This document shows, piece by piece, positions 1 to 9,991 of a DNA stretch of 64,000 bases (positions are counted from its first letter, which is position 1; every line of letters begins with the position of its first letter). Under the pieces are notes generated by a model that saw only the letters and a list, made by a program, of their open reading frames with translations, searched no databases and was not told the origin of the DNA. The position numbers and the translations under genes are program-made. The stretch comes from Candidatus Poribacteria bacterium (lineage in GTDB: Bacteria > Poribacteria > WGA-4E > WGA-3G), in assembly GCA_964291315.2 (NCBI GenBank), contig OZ219753.1, forward strand, positions 1,952,001-2,016,000, given 5' to 3'.

Positions 1-42
1 CTAAACGCAAGCCAGTAATTAATAAATGCTCGATCAGATCCA

Positions 43-402
43 CTTTTAATCGAACCAGTATGGAATCAAAACCTGATCTTCACAGCCAAGTAGCAATCCT
101 ACTAATGCCAACTTTTAATCGAACCAGTATGGAATCAAAACGATACTCATTGAGTGTGATACCGCGGTTCTTCGCTTGCTTTTAATCGAACCAGTATGGA
201 ATCAAAACAAGTATGTGTTCGGTGGTCTCCCGTCTGTACCTCCTTTTAATCGAACCAGTATGGAATCAAAACATGCAACGAACGAGTCTAACACAACCTC
301 CATAATCTTTTAATCGAACCAATATGGAATCAAAACTTAAAACCCTGCACAGTAGTTCCGGGCCGTATCCCATTTTTAATCGAACCACTATGGAATCAAA
401 AC
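43..402 (+). CRISPR. CRISPR array (trailer end): 6 repeats of 30 bp with 5 complete spacers (39, 37, 34, 34, 36 nt); probably continues upstream of the window
   Basis: Repeat CTTTTAATCGAACCAGTATGGAATCAAAAC at 43-72, 112-141, 179-208 and 243-272 (exact), 307-336 (1 substitution) and 373-402 (2 substitutions). Degeneration towards the right and a 3' end resembling the ATTGAAAC handle imply + strand transcription. Bases 1-42 look like another spacer. Confidence 0.97.
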
Positions 403-489
403 AAGGTTCACTTAGTCAATCAAATTGGAGCAACCGCCGTTTCAGCAAAACTTTCTACTTAATCACGCTATTTTATAGCAAATAATGCA

Positions 490-520
490 CATCAAATCGG
501 AACCCGTGTAGGATCAAAAC
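490..520 (+). repeat. Degenerate solitary CRISPR repeat
   Basis: CATCAAATCGGAACCCGTGTAGGATCAAAAC aligns to the repeat at 23 of 30 positions with one insertion; the terminal ATCAAAAC is intact; it lies 87 nt after the last repeat. Confidence 0.55.
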
Positions 521-569
521 GCATCGCCTACTTCTATTCCTTAGCGGTCTGGAAATACCAACTTTTCAC

Positions 570-599
570 TTGACAGCGCTAACCCATAAATGCTATTAT
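570..599 (+). promoter_or_regulatory. Sigma70-like promoter for the cas operon
   Basis: TTGACA (570-575), 18-nt spacing, then TG-n-TATTAT extended -10 (TATTAT at 594-599) upstream of cas10. Confidence 0.6.
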
Positions 600-694
600 A
601 TTTAATAACGCCAGCAGCTATCTCAAACACGCAAACATTCAGCCGATTAAACCGTAAAAATTACAATTAATAACTGCAACAGACCGCCACACAA

Positions 695-3419
<2,725 letters not shown>

Positions 3420-3429
3420 GGAGACTTAG

Positions 3430-4257
3430 ATGCCAAGTATTCAACTGCAAGGTAAAATTTTTCTGAAAGGCACAATTAACGCACTCACCGGTTTACATAT
3501 CGGTGGAAATTCCGGAGAGCTGGACATCGGCGGCATAGATAACCCGATCATACGTAGTGCATTCAACCGTCAACCCTACATCCCCGGCTCGTCTTTACGA
3601 GGAAAGATGCGCGGCTTACTTGACCGACATTTCAACAACCCTCTCGAAAAACCAGTCGGCAGAGACGTTCGAGTACATGAATGCCAAACGCCAGCGGATT
3701 ACAACGCATGCCCGGTTTGTCAAGTCTTCGGGGTCGCTCCCATACGGCAGTTGCGTGGAAAGACGATGCCGACACGCCTCATCGTCCGAGATACCTTCTT
3801 AAGCTCAAACGCTCTGGAGTCCTTGGACAAAGCAGATACCGATACGGATTTCACCGAGATCAAAACCGAGGTCGCTATTGACCGAATTACCTCCGCTGCC
3901 ACACCTCGCCAACAAGAGCGCGTTCCAGCCGGCACAACCTTCGGCCCCTTTCAAATAGTCCACAGCCTCTATACACAAAATGAGACCGATTGGAAAAATC
4001 AACTTCAAGCCGAACTTCAGTACCTTGATACCGTTCTCATGGGCATGGAACTCTTAGAGGATGACTACCTCGGCGGCTCCGGCTCCCGTGGCTACGGGCA
4101 GATCGCCTTTGAAAACCTAAGCATGACCTTCAAATCTCGTGAATGTTACGAAAATATCCACGTAAAACCGATAACCCTCGCTGACACCGCAGATGTTCAA
4201 ACGCTCCGTCAATCCGACTACACAGATCAAATCCTCAAGACCATCTCTGCTGAATAG
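3430..4257 (+). CDS. csm3: Type III-A backbone RAMP Csm3 (Cas7 family)
   Basis: TGLHIGG, GGIDNP (catalytic Asp retained), PYIPGSSLRGKMR, EIKTEVAIDR and the G-rich loop YLGGSGSRGYG. Confidence 0.96.
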   Translation: MPSIQLQGKIFLKGTINALTGLHIGGNSGELDIGGIDNPIIRSAFNRQPYIPGSSLRGKMRGLLDRHFNNPLEKPVGRDVRVHECQTPADYNACPVCQVFGVAPIRQLRGKTMPTRLIVRDTFLSSNALESLDKADTDTDFTEIKTEVAIDRITSAATPRQQERVPAGTTFGPFQIVHSLYTQNETDWKNQLQAELQYLDTVLMGMELLEDDYLGGSGSRGYGQIAFENLSMTFKSRECYENIHVKPITLADTADVQTLRQSDYTDQILKTISAE

Positions 4258-4265
4258 GAACGCCC

Positions 4266-5390
4266 ATGGCGACTGATATCATCTACCGTTTAAACTTCAA
4301 AAATCAACTGCATCTCGGGCGTAGCTCTGGGCCTGCGCAGGAAGGTAAGCTCGGTTTGGAGAAAACCGAAACCTATATTCCGGCCGACACCCTCTTCTCA
4401 GCGATCTGCCAGATGTGGTCGACTTTTTACGACCAGGAAAGTCTCACCAGCTTTCTCAACGGTTACACGCAACACAATGACGCTTTACCGCTCACGCTGA
4501 CATCAGCGTTCCCTTTCGCCGGCGATGTCTATCTCTTTCCAAAGCCGTTGACACTCCGGCAAAGTGAAGATACAACTCAGAAAATAAAAGCGAAAGCGCA
4601 GAAAAAAATTAAGAACCTCCAATTCGTTTCCGGCAACCTCTTTCACGCTATCATTTCCGGCCACACGCCAACATTCACCAAAGACAACTGCTCCATCGCT
4701 ATTAACCTTAGCGGCGAGGAAATCTGTCCAGCGAATAGCGAAAGGGCATGGATCACTACCGAAGAGAAAGAAAAGTTGGCAGAGACGTTATGTCCTAGCA
4801 ACAAAAATAGAAAAGACGAGCTTAATATCTGGACCACTCACATCCGGCCGCGTGTTACCTTGGGCAGTCGAAATTCCGGATCTGAGATATGGCGTGTCCA
4901 AACCGTCCAATTCAACACCGAATGTGGACTCTGGTTCGCCGCACAATTCGATACTGACGACACACAACAGAAATTTGAGACCCTGCTTCGCATACTCGCA
5001 GATACAGGCATCGGCGGCGAACGCAACGCCGGATACGGCGCATTCCATTTTACGAAAACGACCCTTGAAATGCCCAAAGTGGAGACAGCAGACCATTTCG
5101 TTACGCTCTCACCCGTATCTCCGAAGTCTCCACAACAGCTAGCACAACTTCTCACTGGCAATATCGCTTACACGCTCAACCCACTAACCGGATGGATAAG
5201 TAACACCGGAACCGCCACACGCCGAAAACAGGTTAACATGTTCACCGAAGGCTCTGTCTTGCACACCAGCGACGCACAGGTAGGCCGATTGGTCAACACG
5301 TGCCCCGATAACTGGGAGCATCCTGTCTACCGTTATGGTTACGCGTGGCAGATCGGTATCAGAGGAACGTCCGATGAAACAGAAGTATGA
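4266..5390 (+). CDS. csm4: Type III-A RAMP Csm4 (Cas5 family)
   Basis: LHLG, ADTLFSA, LTSAFPF, GIGGERNAGYG and HPVYRYG motifs; operon position. Confidence 0.94.
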   Translation: MATDIIYRLNFKNQLHLGRSSGPAQEGKLGLEKTETYIPADTLFSAICQMWSTFYDQESLTSFLNGYTQHNDALPLTLTSAFPFAGDVYLFPKPLTLRQSEDTTQKIKAKAQKKIKNLQFVSGNLFHAIISGHTPTFTKDNCSIAINLSGEEICPANSERAWITTEEKEKLAETLCPSNKNRKDELNIWTTHIRPRVTLGSRNSGSEIWRVQTVQFNTECGLWFAAQFDTDDTQQKFETLLRILADTGIGGERNAGYGAFHFTKTTLEMPKVETADHFVTLSPVSPKSPQQLAQLLTGNIAYTLNPLTGWISNTGTATRRKQVNMFTEGSVLHTSDAQVGRLVNTCPDNWEHPVYRYGYAWQIGIRGTSDETEV

Positions 5391-6561
5391 ACTCCACGTA
5401 ATTACGCCCGTCCATGTCGGCTCCGGCGAAGTATTGAGTCACATAGACGGTTGCTATGCCAACGGCAGATGGTATCATATAGACCTAGACAAAGTATTAG
5501 CTGATCCCAGCACTGATCTCAACGCCTTAACATCCCAAATGGCGCAGCGCGACTTCCGATGGGAACGCTACCTTAAACAACATAACACCGATTTAGCAGA
5601 ACTCTCTGCCTACAGTCTTGCTTGTCCACAAAGTCCAGAGCAGGTAGAAATCCGGGAGGCGATCAAAACGCTCGGTTACCGACCCTATATTCCGGGTAGC
5701 ACCCTCAAAGGCGCAATCCGAACTGCACTGCTAGACGAGATTCTCCATGTAGACGATAATGTGTACTACAAAAGTCAGAACCACTTAAAGACCTTAATTG
5801 TTCGAGGACCACGGGGCAATCCCAGAAATGAAAAACCCGCCCAACGAATAGAGGAACTGGCTTTCGGTAAAGACCCGAACCACGATCTCCTACGTGCCTT
5901 GCACGTCAGCGATACCGCCCCGCTCAACAGCGACTCCCTCGAAATCGGCACCGCATGGACCCTTACGCTCGATCGCAATGATCAACTCGTGCAGAAAATA
6001 GAGCGCGGCCGGGAGTACAAGAATTTTATCCAACACATCTCCCCCGGACAGCAACTGACGTTCTCACTTAAGATTGACGACCTTCTTTTCCGTGAGCGCG
6101 AGAGAAAACCACTCCATTATAGCGATGCACAAGAAAAAATGCTGAAAAATATTGCAAAGGTTTGTCGTTCCGCAACGGCCCAACTGATAAACGACGAGTT
6201 GGAATTTTTTGAATACTATAAGCTCCCAGAAATTGCGAACTTTTATGATAAGCTGCGTAGTTTAAATGATATGATTCCAGGGGAGGCGTTCCTGTTGCAA
6301 ATCGGCTGGGGCACAGGCTACCATACCAACACCGTCACATCTCTATTTGCACACAACGCACCGACAGAGCCAGACAACGAAGAATCCCCTGAAACCCTAC
6401 CATGGATGGATTTGCGAGAACGCTTTAAATTAGGCGCAAGCCGTTCTCAACGAGGCCGGTATGATCCTAGAGAATTCCCGAAAACGCGACGCATCCTGTA
6501 TCGTGGACGAAATCCGATCGAGCCTCCCGGGTGGGTCAAAATCTCACCACTTGAAGATTAA
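5374..6561 (+). CDS. csm5: Type III-A RAMP Csm5
   Basis: TPVHVGSGE, PYIPGSTLKGAIRTA, LQIGWGTGY and FPKTRR..PGWV motifs; ATG at 5374 overlaps the csm4 end. Confidence 0.93.
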   Translation: MKQKYELHVITPVHVGSGEVLSHIDGCYANGRWYHIDLDKVLADPSTDLNALTSQMAQRDFRWERYLKQHNTDLAELSAYSLACPQSPEQVEIREAIKTLGYRPYIPGSTLKGAIRTALLDEILHVDDNVYYKSQNHLKTLIVRGPRGNPRNEKPAQRIEELAFGKDPNHDLLRALHVSDTAPLNSDSLEIGTAWTLTLDRNDQLVQKIERGREYKNFIQHISPGQQLTFSLKIDDLLFRERERKPLHYSDAQEKMLKNIAKVCRSATAQLINDELEFFEYYKLPEIANFYDKLRSLNDMIPGEAFLLQIGWGTGYHTNTVTSLFAHNAPTEPDNEESPETLPWMDLRERFKLGASRSQRGRYDPREFPKTRRILYRGRNPIEPPGWVKISPLED

Positions 6562-6599
6562 AACACAAAACTATCTTTGGCCAAAGGAGCAGTACCTGG

Positions 6600-7832
6600 A
6601 TGAAGAAAACATTTGTAACCTTCCTCGGCAGAGGACGAGAGAATACAGAAACCGGATATAGAGAAACAACCTACCAATTTCCAGATAACTCCCAGGAAAC
6701 GACAGCTTTTTTTGGCTTTGCATTGGCAGAATATATAGGTCCAAATCGCACCATCATTTTGGGCACCCGGAGCAGTCAATGGGGAATCCTAGTGGAGCAC
6801 CTTGCAGATGCAGGTGGAAAAGAAGATGCCCGCCTCGAACTCATGGACGCTGAAACACGAGGAGAAGTTGAACAGCGGCACCTGGACGCAGTCACAGACC
6901 TGATGTGCAGCGCTGTCAATTACGAAATTATTGCACGCCTGATCCCATTTGGAAAAAATGAGGATGAACAGTACAAGATACTAGACGTTATTGCAGACAA
7001 CGTCCTCGAAGGAAATATCGATTTCGATTTGACACACGGGTTTCGGCATTTTGGAATGATCGGTTTCCTATCCGCTTTCATGCTGGCGCGCGTTCGCGGA
7101 CTTAATGTGAACAATTTGTGGTACGGCGCGCTTGACATGACTCAAAATAACATCACCCCGGTGCTTAAGTTGGATGGTCTCAACAGGGTCCGCCAATGGC
7201 TGGACGCACTCAATCGATTCGACGCCACTGGAGATTATAGAATATTCGGATCGCTCCTCACAAAAGATGGGGTAGCACCACAGGAAACGAAGCATCTTGA
7301 AAACGCTGCCTTCCACGAACGGACGTTCAATCTGCCTGCCGCAGCCGCTGAGATCCGTAAATTCAAACCCGCGCTCAAAACCGATCTCACCGGAGCATCA
7401 AGACTCTTTCAACAGAAATTGGCAGACCGTCTCAGATGGGCTGACTGGGATAGTCTTTCCGAGCAGCAGGCAGAGCTGGCACGTCAATATCTCGGGCGTC
7501 GTGACTATGTCCGCGCCGCACTTTTCGCTTGGGAAACGCTTGTCACGCTGGCGTGTAAAAAGAACGGACTTGATCCTGAAGTCATAAGTGTTCGAATGCA
7601 ACAAAGTGTGCTAAGCGAACTAAGCAAACTAGCGGACGAAAAACGCCAAGCAGGTAAGATCCTCAATCAGATTCGCAACGCATTGGCGCACGGTAACCAA
7701 TCTCAGGAAATCCAAGAAATATTCGCAGACGAACAAAACCTGCGCGCAGCGCTACAAAACGCCTTTGAATGCCTTTTCCCAAAACCTACCAGAAGTGGAA
7801 AAACAGGTAGGAACCAAGAAACAAAAGATTAA
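6600..7832 (+). CDS. csx1: CARF-HEPN ancillary ribonuclease, Csx1/TIGR02221 (TM1812)-like
   Basis: N-terminal FLGRG..YRETTYQF, ILGTRSSQW, CARF motif DLTHGFRH, and C-terminal HEPN RxxxxH (RNALAH); AAGGAG RBS; directly follows csm5. Confidence 0.88.
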   Translation: MKKTFVTFLGRGRENTETGYRETTYQFPDNSQETTAFFGFALAEYIGPNRTIILGTRSSQWGILVEHLADAGGKEDARLELMDAETRGEVEQRHLDAVTDLMCSAVNYEIIARLIPFGKNEDEQYKILDVIADNVLEGNIDFDLTHGFRHFGMIGFLSAFMLARVRGLNVNNLWYGALDMTQNNITPVLKLDGLNRVRQWLDALNRFDATGDYRIFGSLLTKDGVAPQETKHLENAAFHERTFNLPAAAAEIRKFKPALKTDLTGASRLFQQKLADRLRWADWDSLSEQQAELARQYLGRRDYVRAALFAWETLVTLACKKNGLDPEVISVRMQQSVLSELSKLADEKRQAGKILNQIRNALAHGNQSQEIQEIFADEQNLRAALQNAFECLFPKPTRSGKTGRNQETKD

Positions 7833-8355
7833 GGATCACCACACACCAGCGCGCAAACCGCTTTTGCAGCCGCGGAAACAGATAGATAGACGCAGCAAGC
7901 ATCCCCACCCGTTCTGTTGCTCCAACAATCCCCGCATAGTGCCCTCTATCCCAATACGAAATCGGACTTTCAAACATAAAATCAGAAATCGGGAAAAAGT
8001 GACGATGCCCATCATCGTGGTGCGTCAAGAAGTCAAAAGCGCAGTGGATCAACATACTCCACGCAAGAACCGTCAACCCCTCAGACTGCAGTAGATAATA
8101 CCCGATTCCCAATAGAATCAGGATCAACGGGACAGCGTTGAAGGTATCAAAGAAATTGTGCCACGCCCTCATAAAATAGCGAGTGCCCCACAGCTCTCGT
8201 TGCGGTGTATTAAAGATAAATGTTTCTACTACAAAGAAGATGAATAGCGGCACATCTGGCAACACCGCACCCGCGAAGGCGTAAGAGTGGCGGCGCGGTT
8301 TGCCTTGCCTTGAGAGAAGCGCTATGTTGAGAATAGCGTGTGATTGCGTATGCAT
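7786..8355 (-). CDS. Membrane-bound metal-dependent hydrolase (YbcI/DUF457-like)
   Basis: MHTQSH, GAVLPD and HCAFDFLTHHDDGHRHFFP motifs with several TM segments; overlaps the csx1 3' end by 47 bp. Confidence 0.7.
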   Translation of the reverse strand: MHTQSHAILNIALLSRQGKPRRHSYAFAGAVLPDVPLFIFFVVETFIFNTPQRELWGTRYFMRAWHNFFDTFNAVPLILILLGIGYYLLQSEGLTVLAWSMLIHCAFDFLTHHDDGHRHFFPISDFMFESPISYWDRGHYAGIVGATERVGMLAASIYLFPRLQKRFARWCVVILNLLFLGSYLFFHFW

Positions 8356-8470
8356 CGTTACATCACAAATCAATCGGAACTTCGGAAACCTTCGCGGTTA
8401 TGTAGAACAGGCTCTAATCCGGCTTTTCATTCAGTTCGGTATCACAGAGAATGGGTTTGTAATCGCCACT

Positions 8471-9829
8471 TCACAGATGCCAAATCTCACTCTTAAATGG
8501 AGGGAATAAACAGTCTAACAGCACCGCGGGCGCCGTGCCTTTCGTCCAGCAATCGACGAAATGAGAGACCAACTCCTCCGTCCGGCACCGTCCACAGAGG
8601 AGATGCAGGAAGCTGAGATCAGGGAACGCCGCGTCCCCGTCTTCAATGTCTTCAGGGGTCCAGCGGGTGAGTCTGCTCACGCACCCCCGTTCAAATATGA
8701 AATGGATACCGCTTCGATAGAAACTGACCTTGAGTTCGCCTGTGTAGCCCTCTGCAACAGTTCCAATCAGGTGTTTTTCGAGGGCAGGTCGGATGTGCCG
8801 TAAAAATGTTATCAGATCGGGCACCCGGATATACCAAGAATACGGTAACGCTCTCCGGACAATAGCTTTAGGGAGGACACTATAAATTGTATGCTCGCGT
8901 CCGAGCATGAACTGGATCCCTGTCGCCTCCGAAGCCTTACTTTCGAAGACCACCGGTGTCGCCCTCGCCTTCTTCCACAGTGCCCGCAATAACGACGCCA
9001 CCAGGTTTAAATAGCCAACGCCCGGTTTCAGTTCGAGTCGCATAACAACAAAATGAGTGCCGCTGTCCTTGCCCTCGCCATAACCATCGTAGCACCACTG
9101 TAGATGCTGCACATAACCGAGCCGTGTCCCTTCCATATCCTCAATGAGCAGCCATTCCATCCGCGCACCACTGTCGGCAGACCGGCCGTTGAATTCATAT
9201 TCCCAGAGCCCGGGGCTCCGCGGACATGCAAACACTTGAGACTTAATTGCATGTGCATAGAGGTCTTGAATGAAAACGTTGTCCGCATCCATCCGCGGCC
9301 TGAGTCGACACGTCTCTGTCTCACCGCTTCTCAAAGCCGGAATGTGCATCCCATCGATGAGCAATTCCGCTTCCATATCCAGGGTCATCTCATATCCGAA
9401 CATTCGATAATACCACGGTATCCCAGTGATGCCTTGCATCAGTTGTCCGCGCGCCTCGCTCAAAGCATGAATTACCTCAAACTGCTTTCGAACCAAGCCG
9501 CGCCTGCGGTACCCCGGTTCAGTAGCAACAAATTCAGGCTGCCCCACCTCGAACGGAATGCCGCTATAGGTCCACGTCTGTGAGATGAGGCAAACGGAGG
9601 ACACAATTTGACCCGTTCGGATATCTTCAACAACGGTGAAATCGCTCGCTTTGCAGGTGGGATGATCTCCAGACATCAGGTCCCGGACGTTCGGACCGGT
9701 ATCCGCAGCTTCATGCTGCCGGACATTGAACTCAGCGAGCACATCCGCATCATCCCGTGTGGCAAATCGCAGTCTTAAGGCATCGCCGAGATCTATCGGC
9801 ATTTCTGAGAGAATACACTTTTTTGACAT
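8471..9829 (-). CDS. GNAT family acetyltransferase (Eis-like, multi-domain)
   Basis: VATEPGYRRRGLVR acetyl-CoA motif and GIPWYYRMFGYE; length fits tandem GNAT plus an SCP2-like tail. Confidence 0.8.
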   Translation of the reverse strand: MSKKCILSEMPIDLGDALRLRFATRDDADVLAEFNVRQHEAADTGPNVRDLMSGDHPTCKASDFTVVEDIRTGQIVSSVCLISQTWTYSGIPFEVGQPEFVATEPGYRRRGLVRKQFEVIHALSEARGQLMQGITGIPWYYRMFGYEMTLDMEAELLIDGMHIPALRSGETETCRLRPRMDADNVFIQDLYAHAIKSQVFACPRSPGLWEYEFNGRSADSGARMEWLLIEDMEGTRLGYVQHLQWCYDGYGEGKDSGTHFVVMRLELKPGVGYLNLVASLLRALWKKARATPVVFESKASEATGIQFMLGREHTIYSVLPKAIVRRALPYSWYIRVPDLITFLRHIRPALEKHLIGTVAEGYTGELKVSFYRSGIHFIFERGCVSRLTRWTPEDIEDGDAAFPDLSFLHLLCGRCRTEELVSHFVDCWTKGTAPAVLLDCLFPPFKSEIWHL

Positions 9830-9991
9830 TCACATTTTCCATAATATAGCTTCAAACAGATTGTATCATAGAAATTATATTGCATCAAATAGAAAAGGCG
9901 CACAGATAGTAAAGACGAGATACGGACACCCCGCCTAAACCCTCAAAAAACCAGTGAATACTTTGCAGAATATTGGTATAATAAGCAGAAG

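Noticed and set aside
73-372. Self-targeting spacers within this window
   Set aside because: No match noticed by eye; not exhaustive and needs an alignment.
7786-9829. Membrane hydrolase and GNAT as type III accessory genes
   Set aside because: Opposite strand, convergent on csx1, with no CARF/SAVED domain; adjacency alone is insufficient.
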